Assembly (NCBI GenBank): GCA_963664435.2
Contig: CAXXKM010000003.1
Coordinates: 1 to 64,000, forward strand
From: Longimicrobiales bacterium
GTDB lineage: Bacteria; Gemmatimonadota; Gemmatimonadetes; Longimicrobiales; Gaopeijiaceae
Direction of reading: 5' to 3'
Length of the DNA: 64,000 nucleotides
The notes beneath the pieces are model-generated. The model was not told the DNA's origin and made no database searches. It worked only from the letters and a program-made list of their open reading frames with translations. Positions 9,477 to 18,842 of this stretch are shown piece after piece. Position 1 is the first letter of the stretch, and every line of letters starts with the position of its first letter. Made by a program: the position numbers and the translations under genes.

Positions 9477-10073
9477 ATGGAAGACATGGGTCAGCCGAAC
9501 GGTCCGAAGGTGAGCTTCACCCGCATGGCGGACGGCACCCCCGAGGACTACGAGTTGCTGGCCCGCTTCGAGGACGAGTTCGCCGCGGGCACCGCCGACC
9601 GGGTGTTGGCGCACCTCCGTGAACTGTCCGGTTCGCTGGCCGGCTACCAGATAGACCGGCTGGAGCATTCTCTGCAGACGGCCACCCGCGCATATCGCGA
9701 CGGCGCGGAAGAGGAGATGGTGGTGGCGGCGCTCCTTCACGACATCGACGATCTCTTGGCCCCACACAGCCACGGGGAGTTGGCCGCGTTGCTGCTGCGT
9801 CCCTACGTGACCGAGCGAACCTGTTGGATCGTCCGGCACCATGGCCTGTTCCAGTACTACTACTACGCCCATCATGTGGGCGGGGACCGCGACGCCCGCG
9901 ACAAGTACCGCGATCATCCCTGGTATCAGGACGCCGTGGACTTCTGTCACCGCTGGGACCAGTGCGCGTTCGATCCCGACTACGATACGCTGCCGCTGAA
10001 GTTCTTCGAGCCGATGGTGCGCCGGATCTTCGCGCGCGAAGCGTTCCGCTTTGCGCCAAGGGGGCAATCGTGA
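9477..10073 (+). CDS. HD-domain metalloenzyme (PhnZ/TmpB/MIOX-like diiron family)
   Basis: RLEHSLQTATRA, ALLHDI, H...HH and WDQ pattern. Start at 9477 or 9486. Confidence 0.8.
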   Translation: MEDMGQPNGPKVSFTRMADGTPEDYELLARFEDEFAAGTADRVLAHLRELSGSLAGYQIDRLEHSLQTATRAYRDGAEEEMVVAALLHDIDDLLAPHSHGELAALLLRPYVTERTCWIVRHHGLFQYYYYAHHVGGDRDARDKYRDHPWYQDAVDFCHRWDQCAFDPDYDTLPLKFFEPMVRRIFAREAFRFAPRGQS

Positions 10074-10075
10074 TA

Positions 10076-10213
10076 CGGGATCCGGCGGCAGAGGAAACGG
10101 ATCACCCCCGAGAGGTGGTCGAGACGGCGCTGGCGCACGTGGTCCAAAACAAGGTGGAAGCCGCGTACCGTCGCACCGACCTGTTCGAGCGGAGGCGTCG
10201 GCTCATGGACGAC
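10076..10213 (+). pseudogene. C-terminal remnant of a P4-like integrase
   Basis: RDPAAEETDHPREVVETALAHVVQNKVEAAYRRTDLFERRRRLMDD is the typical P4-Int tail with LAH and the catalytic Y. Confidence 0.8.
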
Positions 10214-10432
10214 CTATCTGGAGGGCCGGAGACGGAGCACGGCGACCTGACACCCCCGCGACGAACTCAGAAGCCGTTTCCGGTCGGTTTGGGGGCATCT
10301 CGGAGAACCCACGGGCCGTGGCATCGCCTGAGAGTATCCATGTCAAGCGGAAGCCCGTTTTTCCCGAAGCAACCTGCCTCGCAACGCCCATTGCGACGCT
10401 TCCGCTTCGGTGCCCGTTCTTGTCCGGCTCGA

Positions 10433-11434
10433 TCATCCGTGAACGCTCCCCGCCGGGCTGGGCGTCGGGAAGGCCGGGCAGGAGTACTCGCGCGGCGGAT
10501 GTGCCGTCCAAGTGCGGTCCTGGTGCACCAGGGCGTTGGCGAGGACGAGGAGCTTCCGCATCACGGCCGTCAGGGCGACCTTCGGCGGCTTGCCCCGGGC
10601 CACGAGCGCCTCGTACTTGCGCTTGAGGTCGGGATTGTGCTGGACCGCGACCACCGCGGGCATGAAGAGCATTCTGCGGACCCGGTGCCTGCCGCCCTGG
10701 ATGAAGCTCCGTCCCTTCCAGTGTCCGGACTCCCGGGTGACCGGGGCGAGTCCGGCGAGGCTGGCGGCGCGCGACCGAGTGAGCCTACCCAGTTCCGGCA
10801 GGTGGACGATCAGTCCCGCGGCGGTGATGTCCGAGATGCCCGGGATCGAGGTCAGGATCTCGGCCCGGCGCTCCATTTCCTTCTCCTCCCCGATCCGCTG
10901 CCGGATCTCGGTATCGATGAGCTTCAGCTGGCGGTCGATCTGCCGCACCCTCTGCTTGGTGACCCGCTTGCCCACGGGAGTGCGCAAGTTCTTGCCCCGG
11001 TTGGTGGTTGCGGTGCGATCCCTGACCAGCGCGTCGCGGATCTGCTGGAGCTCGGCAAGGTCGCGCTGCCGCTCCGACCGCGCCTGGGTCGGGCGCAGGT
11101 CCTCGACAGCGGCCGCCATGGTGGCCAGCATCCGGGCGTCCACCGCGTCGGTCTTGGCGCGCCGCCCGATGGAGCGGGCGAAGGACCGGACTTGGAAGGG
11201 GTTGATCGCGTACAGGGGGAGCCCGGCTTTCCGGAGGGTGTCCTCGAAGTCGCGGTGGAAGGCTCCGGTGGGTTCGTAAGCGATCCGGTCGATCCCGGAG
11301 CCGATCCAGGCGATCAGCTTCTGGAAGCCGGCCCTGTCGTTCGGGAACCGGGACGCTCTCCCCTCGGGGGCAGCGAAGGCGTCGAGCCAGTCTTTGGAGA
11401 TGTCGATCCCGACGGTGCGGAGGATGCTGATCAT
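10433..11434 (-). CDS. IS110 family transposase/recombinase
   Basis: GIDISKD, YEPTG, AKTDAVDA (DEDD), SIPGIS and LAGLAP..RESG motifs. RBS GGAGAAGGGAAG. Confidence 0.95.
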   Translation of the reverse strand: MISILRTVGIDISKDWLDAFAAPEGRASRFPNDRAGFQKLIAWIGSGIDRIAYEPTGAFHRDFEDTLRKAGLPLYAINPFQVRSFARSIGRRAKTDAVDARMLATMAAAVEDLRPTQARSERQRDLAELQQIRDALVRDRTATTNRGKNLRTPVGKRVTKQRVRQIDRQLKLIDTEIRQRIGEEKEMERRAEILTSIPGISDITAAGLIVHLPELGRLTRSRAASLAGLAPVTRESGHWKGRSFIQGGRHRVRRMLFMPAVVAVQHNPDLKRKYEALVARGKPPKVALTAVMRKLLVLANALVHQDRTWTAHPPREYSCPAFPTPSPAGSVHG

Positions 11435-11444
11435 GTGTTCTTCC

Positions 11445-11672
11445 CTTCTCCTGTGCTTGTCGTGCGAGCCTCGATGCTCGTGTATCCATTCAGGACATTG
11501 GGAAGGACGGTGGCGACCACACTCCCGACGGCCCCTTACGGCCAGCCAGCCTATCGATCCGACCACCGTCCCTGTTGAGCGCCCGCTCCGGCTCGCTACG
11601 CTCGCCTCTGCGGGCGCTCAACAGCCCGGGCCTTCCCCGCGACCCGGTCATGCAAATCAAGCGGCAATCTGC
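11445..11672 (-). ncRNA. Putative IS110 bridge RNA
   Basis: Hairpins plus two internal-loop stems. The donor loop carries ATGGATAC (11482-11489) and GACAAG (11456-11461), matching the predicted circle junction ATGGATA-CT-TGTC. Transcript ends are approximate. Confidence 0.7.
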
Positions 11673-11786
11673 ATGATTATGAGAGACAAGCGACGATCTC
11701 GGGCCTCCGAGGGGTACGTAGGGCAGAACACGGCGGGCTGCAGAGAGTACCGCGACACCCACGCCGCTGCTGACACGGTCGGCACG

Positions 11787-12326
11787 TCATCCCCGGATGG
11801 CCGAGAGGCGGTTCAGATAGTGAGCAGCCCGTTCTTGGGAGAAGTAGTCGATAAACAGCGCGGCGGTTCCGAGGGCAATGGCGGTCAAGGCGGCCGCCCT
11901 GACCGCTGGCGATCGCGCGAACCCAAAGACTGCCAGCCCAACCATGACGAAAAGCGTGGCCGCTCCGAACGTGTACCCATACCATCCCGAAAACCCCCGG
12001 ACGCGCTCGATCTCGTGCTCCACGAACCCAGCCGGATCGTTCTCAAAGGCTTCGTTGAACGTCGACAACCGACGGTGATTGCTGACCGCCATTGCGCCCC
12101 CGACCGAAACGAAGAACACCGCAAGAGCGGACACGGGAAACACCAAGGAGCGCGGTGCCGGTGTGGCTCCGAACCTCCACAGCAAACCGACACAGGCAAG
12201 AAGAAGGATGCCGCCCACGGCAAGCGCCACCGCTTCGATGAGTTCGCCTTTCACCCAGGCGAGTGCGTGCTCAAGCACGGACGCGTCGTTCCCGGTCCCG
12301 GATTCGTCGATCGTCATTTGCTTCAC
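11787..12326 (-). CDS. Hypothetical 4-TM membrane protein
   Basis: 179-aa ORF with four hydrophobic segments. Confidence 0.65.
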   Translation of the reverse strand: MKQMTIDESGTGNDASVLEHALAWVKGELIEAVALAVGGILLLACVGLLWRFGATPAPRSLVFPVSALAVFFVSVGGAMAVSNHRRLSTFNEAFENDPAGFVEHEIERVRGFSGWYGYTFGAATLFVMVGLAVFGFARSPAVRAAALTAIALGTAALFIDYFSQERAAHYLNRLSAIRG

Positions 12327-12758
12327 GGTTCGGAGTGTGGCTGGCCTCTGATGGCTGGCTGTTCGACATCGGCATCATCGTTCCAACAGAACCAATCTAA
12401 CGCATGATCCCCGCTGCGGTCTCGCGACTCGACCGACTATCGACAGACCCCGAAACGCACGCCGGTTCGGGGGTGATGTTGGGGAGAGGCCGCTTGACCA
12501 ACCCTTTTCCCTGGCCCTTGACAAGCGGAAGTGTTCGCTTGGGCAGTTCGGCTTCGTTTGCCGTGGACAAGATTTCGGCTGGACAAGTCGTTGCTGGCGA
12601 GTACGTTTGTCGTACGGGTTTTCGGATGCCCGCGCCGGAGGGACCGCAGATCGCCGACTCGGTCGCTGTTGACTAGCGACTTGTGGCTAGGCGATTTGAT
12701 CGGCTTGCCGTGGGCGCAGTGCGGATCTCTTTTCTTTGGCCGAAGGAGGACATGAGGA

Positions 12759-14204
12759 GTGACGGACACAGAGTTGGCTCGGATCGAAGAGGCCCGTGCG
12801 GTCTTTCGGCGGCAGAAATCGCATAGCTCGCCGTCCTCCGCGCCGACGTACGGTGAGAGAATCGACCGTCTTGAGCGAGTCGAGACGCTGTGCAGGAGCC
12901 ACGTTGACGAGATCACCGAGGCGCTTCAGGCGGACTTCGGGTGCAGGAACCCGGACATGACGTTCATCGCCGACATCTTCCCCCAGCTCGATCACATAGG
13001 GTACGTGAAGCGGAAGTTGAGTAAGTGGATGAAGAGGGAGAGAGCTGGCTGGAGCCCGCTTTCTCTGACCGGACAGCGGACCTATGTGATCCACGAGCCG
13101 CTCGGCGTCGTGGGCATCATATCCCCGTTCAACGCGCCCCTTAGTCTGGCGCTCGTGCCCGCCGTCGAAGCGCTGGCTGCGGGCAACAGCGTGATGATCA
13201 AGATTTCGGAGAGTACGCCGCGCACCTCGGGACTGCTCGAGTCGCTCGTGGCGCGGTACTTCAGGGCAGAGGAAATGGCGGCGATCTCCGGCGGCGTCGA
13301 GATGTCGCGAGCGTTCGCGGCCCTTCCATGGGATCTTCTGTTCTTCACGGGCGGTTCCGAGGTCGGTCGGAAGATCCTCGCGGCCACAGCTGGGAATCTC
13401 ACGCCGACCGTCCTCGAACTCGGCGGCAAGTCTCCCTGCGTGCTCCTGGAGGATGCCGATGTCGGAGAGGCCGCGCGCAAGATCGGGCGGGTGCGCCAGA
13501 TGAACGCGGGCCAGGTGTGCATCGCCGGCGACTACGCGCTTCTTCCCGAACGGCACCTCGAGCCGTTCGTCGCCGCCGTCATCGAGGGCGACGCCGACGC
13601 GTACCCCTCTATCCTCGACAACCCGGAGTACACTTCCGTCATTCACGACGGTGCCTACGACAGGCTCGTCGCATACATCGACGAGGCCAGGGCCGCCGGT
13701 TGCAGGATCGTCGAGTCCAACCCGATGAACGAGGCGGTTCCGGATCGGGCCACGAGGAAGATTCCCCTCACGCTCGTCATCGATCCGGCGGACCATCTCA
13801 TGGTGTCCAGAGAAGAGATCTTCGGTCCGATCCTGCCGATCCACACGTACCGGAAGCTCGACGACGCGATCGCCCACATCAACCGTGGGGGCAAGCCGCT
13901 CGCGCTCTATGTCTTCGGCAGGAATCGGCGACGGATCGACAGGATCCTGCATTCGACATCGAGCGGTGGGGTCACGGTGAACGACCTGCTCCTTCACGCC
14001 GGTTCCCACACCATGGGGTTCGGGGGAGTGGGTCAGAGCGGCATGGGACGCTACAAGGGAGGGCACATCGGGTACAAGGCGTTCTCGAATCCCAAGTCCG
14101 TCTTCGAGCAGGGGATCATGAGGAGGTTCACCGGGATGTTTTTCGTTCCGTACGGGAGCGACCGGACGAGGAGAATCCTGCGAAACCGCGTCGGCGTGGG
14201 CTGA
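12759..14204 (+). CDS. Aldehyde dehydrogenase (coniferyl/fatty aldehyde DH-like)
   Basis: FTGGSEVG, LELGGKSP, NAGQVC, EEIFGP and KPLALY motifs. GAGGAG RBS before the GTG start. Confidence 0.92.
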   Translation: MTDTELARIEEARAVFRRQKSHSSPSSAPTYGERIDRLERVETLCRSHVDEITEALQADFGCRNPDMTFIADIFPQLDHIGYVKRKLSKWMKRERAGWSPLSLTGQRTYVIHEPLGVVGIISPFNAPLSLALVPAVEALAAGNSVMIKISESTPRTSGLLESLVARYFRAEEMAAISGGVEMSRAFAALPWDLLFFTGGSEVGRKILAATAGNLTPTVLELGGKSPCVLLEDADVGEAARKIGRVRQMNAGQVCIAGDYALLPERHLEPFVAAVIEGDADAYPSILDNPEYTSVIHDGAYDRLVAYIDEARAAGCRIVESNPMNEAVPDRATRKIPLTLVIDPADHLMVSREEIFGPILPIHTYRKLDDAIAHINRGGKPLALYVFGRNRRRIDRILHSTSSGGVTVNDLLLHAGSHTMGFGGVGQSGMGRYKGGHIGYKAFSNPKSVFEQGIMRRFTGMFFVPYGSDRTRRILRNRVGVG

Positions 14205-14331
14205 GGGCGGGTGTGCCGTGATGCCGTCGTTGCATCCCGGCACACGGTTCTCCACGCCCCGCGGGTCGACGATGGCTACGCCAAGGCACGCGCGTCCTGA
14301 AGGGTTGGCTGCGGGCGCCGGAGCGTCCCTC

Positions 14332-14928
14332 TCAGCCGATCAGATCGGTCGCGGCGGCCAGATCGTCGGCCACATGAAAGTCGTCCTCCATCTCTCCCTC
14401 GTGGCCGTGTCCGTGTCCGGTGCGAACCAGAATTCCCTCGCCGCCGAGCGTCCGGGCGGGAAGCACGTCGCTCCGCTTGTCGCCCACGAAGTAGGAGCCG
14501 CGCAGCGTCAGACCCAGCGCGCGGGCCGCGTCGCGATACATCTTCGGGCTCGGCTTGCGGCAGGTAATGGCGGGGTCGCCGCCGGGAGCGTCGGTGCAGA
14601 AGCGGGTGGCGTCCACGCTGACGCCTCGCTCGAAGAGCCGCCGCTCGGTTTCGGCCGCGACCCGATGGTAGTCGGCCAAGGTATAGAGACCGCGTCCGAT
14701 CCCGGACTAGTTGGTGACGACGACCAGGGCGAGTCCCAGCGCGCGCAGGCGGAGCAGCGCCGTGGCGGAGCCGGAGATGAGCGCGACCTCGGCCGGATCG
14801 GCGATGTAGTGGCGATCCTCGATGATCGTGCCGTCGCGGTCCAGGAAGGCGGCCCGCCGGGGCCGGTTCCCGAGGTCCGGTCGCGGGTGGACGGTCAGTT
14901 CTGCGGGCACTTCGGACCCCTGCGCCAT
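14332..14928 (-). pseudogene. gmhB: D,D-heptose 1,7-bisphosphate phosphatase with an in-frame TAG
   Basis: FLDRDGTI...VVTN*SGIGRG...CRKPSP...VGDKRSD. The TAG at 14707-14709 replaces the conserved Gln of TNQSG. Confidence 0.85.
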
Positions 14929-15042
14929 GGGACCTGCGCCATGCCGGGGAGTCATTCGGAGGAGGAAGGCGAGCGGTGGCGGTCGGCTGCCGCTCCGTCG
15001 GTGGCGAAGCGGCGGCGGGTGGGCTGTCTCATGCCCTTGTGC

Positions 15043-15110
15043 GTAAGCCAAGCGACGCTCAGTTGAGCATCGCGGTCTGGCGAGGGGACGCTCCGCCCTC
15101 TTGGACCCCC
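15043..15110 (-). other. oriT-like motif (copy 2)
   Basis: The minus strand reads GGGGGTCCAAGAGGGC...CCCCTCGCCAG-hairpin-TTGGCTTA, homologous to 44427-44490. Confidence 0.55.
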
Positions 15111-15382
15111 AGCGCTTCCGCGCCGCTGCCGGGGCAGCGGGCGGGCGTTCCCACCTGGCCCCGCCGGACCGTGGAGCACCTTGTAGGCGCGGCTGAGCGG
15201 AAGGCCTCCCGGCGCTTCCCGCCCGCCGTCCACGGGAGGAACGGCGATCCGCGCTTTGTCTGGATGAGACGTTTCGACTATCTTTGATTGCTGGAGCTGG
15301 CATGCCCCGTGCCCGCCCGAGAACCAGCCATCCTGCAGGGTGTTGACACGATGAAGTCGTTCCGTTACGCCCCATCGTTAGC

Positions 15383-15494
15383 CCGAGCCGAGCCGAGCCG
15401 AGCCGAGCCGAGCCGAGCCGAGCCGAGCCGAGCCGAGCCGAGCCGAGCCGAGCCGAGCCGAGCCGAGCCGAGCCGAGCCGAGCCGAGCCGAGCC
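15383..15494. repeat. Pentanucleotide tandem repeat (AGCCG)n, about 22 units
   Basis: 21 perfect AGCCG units at 15386-15490 plus partial flanking units. Confidence 0.98.
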
Positions 15495-15840
15495 TGACGC
15501 GCGTTTCCGGCGCTACCGCCCCCGTTTCTCCCCTCCTCCTCGTCTCCCTGCTGCTAGGCACGCCCCGCCTGTTCGCCCCCTCGCCGACGCAGGCCGACAC
15601 CATCTAGGCCGCCCAGCTTGGTCGAAGGTCCGGCCACGCAACCAATGTACTCGGATGCACCGCCACGGACTCGAAACAGTCGTCGTGGAAGGGGAAGTGT
15701 GTCCGCCCTCGGGTCAGCGGCAGTCTCCATCTGCGGGAAACCCGTGCTCTCTTTCATCGGCGAGGAGCCCGCCGAGGGGCTGCGGTTCGAAGGTTCAATC
15801 GACTGTCCCTGATTTCCCAACACCGAGAAAGAGAAAAGCG

Positions 15841-16383
15841 ATGCTGATCCGAACCATCATCAGGCTCCTCCTGGTCGGGGCCGCGCTCGAGGCGGTGCCC
15901 GCAGACGCCCAGACGTTCCCTCCTCTTGGCGCCGAAGAAGCCTCACGCGCCCTCACCGCCCGAGCGCTCCTGTTCCCCGACGTCGTCACATTCAGCCGCA
16001 TTCCTGCAAGCACGCTGCGGAGCGGGAATGTTGCGGTGGCACCGAGACTCTCTGCGTTCACAGAGCTGCTTCCGTTTCCATCGAATCCGGCGGCCGACTT
16101 GAACGCCTCGCGTGCGGCACCCGCTGGCGCGACCCTGACGACTTCGTTGCATGGCCGACAATCGTTCCAACGCGCCTTCGTGGACTTCCGACAGGAGCAG
16201 GAGGAGAAGGACCCTGTGCTCAAGTACGTAGGCGTCGGCATGATGGTCGTGGGTGGGATCAACTTCCTGTACGGCAGCGTTGCCTGCGCCGACGCTGGGA
16301 TTGGAGGCCGTTGCGTGCCGTACGTTGTGATATCCGGTGGCATCGGTGTTGGCGGGTGGTTCCTCTACAAAAGGCACAGATGA
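15841..16383 (+). CDS. Hypothetical exported/membrane protein
   Basis: Signal-peptide-like N-terminus (ADA-Q) and two C-terminal hydrophobic segments. Confidence 0.55.
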   Translation: MLIRTIIRLLLVGAALEAVPADAQTFPPLGAEEASRALTARALLFPDVVTFSRIPASTLRSGNVAVAPRLSAFTELLPFPSNPAADLNASRAAPAGATLTTSLHGRQSFQRAFVDFRQEQEEKDPVLKYVGVGMMVVGGINFLYGSVACADAGIGGRCVPYVVISGGIGVGGWFLYKRHR

Positions 16384-16568
16384 TGCGTGGTTCCGCTGTC
16401 GCGCTGTGCTGACAAAGGTACGGGGCGGAAAGCGGGCGGCGCGGGAGAGCGCCGGCGTCGCCAAAGGAGTGACGGGTCGGCCTGTTCGCCCTCGCCGTCC
16501 GTGAGGCTGGCGACCAAGAGGTCGAGGAGCTTGCAGGGAGGGCTTCGCGGGTGGCCATGGGGCTGACT

Positions 16569-16830
16569 TGAGCCACTGTTCGATGGCTCAGCCAGCCTAC
16601 CCCGTGTAATACACCGGGGCTGGCGAGGGGTGGCCCTGCCCCCCTTCGATCCCCCCGAGAATCGCGCTCCCTTGGAGGTCGCGAATGAGGGCGCCGCCCC
16701 CTTTCCCCCGTGTCGGTGCGGCGTGATGCCTGAGCGCCGCGCCGCCCGTCGTCACCGCCCGCATATCGGCGGCCGAGTCCGCCACAGGGTTGTCGCCGAG
16801 GCGAAGGCGTACCCCGATGGCGTCTCTACC
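16569..16830. other. oriT-like motif (copy 3) followed by a frameshifted mobC remnant
   Basis: 16588-16712 aligns with the reverse complement of 44368-44488. Downstream VVTARISAAESA resembles VLVAVRLTPGESA of MobC. Confidence 0.65.
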
Positions 16831-17687
16831 TCCAACGTCCTCCCCCGTGGTGGCGTTCGAGCCGTCTTTGTCGGCGGACCCGTTTTGAGCGCCGAATGTG
16901 GGTGTTGGTGGCAAGTCCTGCGTGTCCGGCTCACTTTGAGGGTCGCCGGACACGAAATCGCCGTTCGGCCGGACACGGCCCCGGCCGTCCATGTCGCTGG
17001 TGCGCTTGCGTTTGCACCACGGCCAGCGGAGCGCCGACGCCAGTCCGCGCTCCTTGGACGTGGCTGGGAGTGACCCCCATCTCGGCAAGACCTCGATTGG
17101 CGCCGGGGAGGATGGAGCCGGACAGCCCCATCCGCCCCGCCGCTGCGGGGTCACTCCCAGCCAACAGTCCTTCCCGGAAGGGTGTCGAGCGCCGCTTCGA
17201 GCTGGAGGACCCGTTGCCCGACCACTTGGCCGCCGGGCTGTCCGACATCGCCGGCCAAGACCGGGAACGCGCCCGTTCCGGCTCGCCGTTTGGCCTTCCC
17301 GCACGGGATTGCTGGCCCGTAGCGACCTCCCGCGGAGGATGGCATGGCGTGTCCATGCCAATCCTCCCCCATGGCACGCCAGGTGCCCAAAGTGGGGGGT
17401 CGCTACGGCCACGCCCGCAAGCTCCCGCGCGACACGGCCGCGTCTGCGGCCATGTCGCAACCGAAAGGCGGGCCGCGACATGCGGAATCATGAGCGTGTC
17501 CGCTGAAGGGACGCTTTCGTGTCCGCCCACCTCCAACGTCGGACGGACACCCACGCTACGGCCCCGGCGACAGGGTTCCGGGCCGGGGACCTCCTTCCGG
17601 GCGACTGACACACGCACTGGCGGAGACGGCTTCTCTCGGCGAAGTTTCCTTCGCGCAGATCGTGCAGTCCATCACGCGAGGAATCGA

Positions 17688-18842
17688 ATGATGGCACGCA
17701 CGAAACGAAAGCGCCGGAGCTACGGCGCCGGTGAATGGGGCCGGAACCGGGTCCGGGTGTTTCCGGATCCGAAGACCGGCATGTTCCAGATCGAGTGGCG
17801 CGACAACGGGCGAAGGCTGACCCGGTCGCTGCAACACCGTGACTGGCGGCGCGCGAAGAGGCAGGCGGATCAGTTCGCCGCCGGGTTCATCGACGCGCCC
17901 GACGGCAATGCGGAGCCCGAGCCGCTCACGCTGGACAAGCTGTTTGAAATCTACGGTGAAGAGGTGACGCCCACCAAGGCGGAGGCGTCCCAGCGGGCCG
18001 ACCGGGCCGCGACGAGGATGTTCCTCGGGTTCTTCGGACGAGACCGCAAGCCTTCAACGCTCTCCCGGCGCGACTGGGACCGGTTCATCCGGGCGCGGCG
18101 CGCGGGCAAGGTCGGTGCGAGCGGCAAACCGGTGTCCGACGCGACGATCGAACACGATCTGAAGTTCCTGATCGCCGTGTTCAACTGGGCCGGCAAGTCG
18201 AAGGACGAGGAGGGCCGGCTGCTCCTCGGCTCGAACCCGCTGAAGGGTCTGAAGACGCCCACGGAGAAGAACCCGACCCGGGTCGTGTTGTCCGAGGAGG
18301 AATACCAGGCGCTTCTCGGGGTGTCCCGGGAGGTGGACTGGCGCTTCCACGTCGCGCTCGTGCTGGCGCACGAGACCGGGCACCGAATCGGGGCCATCCG
18401 CCACCTCAGGTGGCCGGATATCGACCTTGAAGCCCGAGCCATCCAGTGGAGGGCCGAACACGAGAAGACCGGCTACGAACACCGGACTCCGATGACGGCC
18501 GAGGCGGTCGCCGTCCTTGAGCAGGCGCGAGAGCGGAGCGCCGGGATTGAGGTTGCTCCGGTGCTCCCCGCACCACGAGATCCGTCGCGGTGCGCGGGCC
18601 GGACGCTGGTGCGCCTCTGGTGGAACCGAGCCCAGAAGCTCGCGGGGCTCGAACCCAAGCGCGGACGGGGCTGGCACTCGTTGAGGCGCAAGTTCGCCAG
18701 CGACCTCATGGACCAGCCGCTCAAGGTCCTCTGCGACCTCGGAGGCTGGAAGACCGCCAAGACGGTGCTCCAGTGTTATCAGCGAGCCGACGAGGGACAG
18801 CTTCGGAAGGCACTGGAAGCCCGCCCGAGACCTCGCGGCTGA
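17688..18842 (+). CDS. Tyrosine recombinase/integrase
   Basis: ETGHRIGAI, WHSLRR, LGGW and the catalytic Y. Paralog of 41193-42365 with a conserved 5' leader. Confidence 0.95.
   Translation: MMARTKRKRRSYGAGEWGRNRVRVFPDPKTGMFQIEWRDNGRRLTRSLQHRDWRRAKRQADQFAAGFIDAPDGNAEPEPLTLDKLFEIYGEEVTPTKAEASQRADRAATRMFLGFFGRDRKPSTLSRRDWDRFIRARRAGKVGASGKPVSDATIEHDLKFLIAVFNWAGKSKDEEGRLLLGSNPLKGLKTPTEKNPTRVVLSEEEYQALLGVSREVDWRFHVALVLAHETGHRIGAIRHLRWPDIDLEARAIQWRAEHEKTGYEHRTPMTAEAVAVLEQARERSAGIEVAPVLPAPRDPSRCAGRTLVRLWWNRAQKLAGLEPKRGRGWHSLRRKFASDLMDQPLKVLCDLGGWKTAKTVLQCYQRADEGQLRKALEARPRPRG

Larger units (their letters stand above)
10333..11690 (-). mobile_element. IS110-family insertion sequence (bridge recombinase), CT core at both ends
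   Basis: Right end TTGACATGGATA-CT (10333-10346) and left end CT-TGTCTCTCATAAT (11676-11690). No terminal IRs; about 250 nt non-coding left end. Confidence 0.85.

Noticed and set aside
10329..10334. CTCTCA as a 6-bp target duplication of the IS110
   Set aside because: The bridge-RNA guide GACAAG and the junction geometry fit a 2-bp CT core further out at 11689-11690 better.
14707..14709. Selenocysteine/pyrrolysine recoding in gmhB
   Set aside because: The codon is TAG, not TGA, at a conserved Gln that is one transition from CAG. No pyl genes were seen.
15383..15494. CRISPR array or SRAEP/LGSAR repeat protein
   Set aside because: Pure 5-bp tandem repeat with no spacers and no cas genes. The peptide repeats are just translations of the microsatellite.
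16896..17687. Long N-terminal extension of the integrase (648-aa ORF)
   Set aside because: Similarity to the paralog and the RBS begin near 17640-17688. The upstream part looks like decayed mob DNA.
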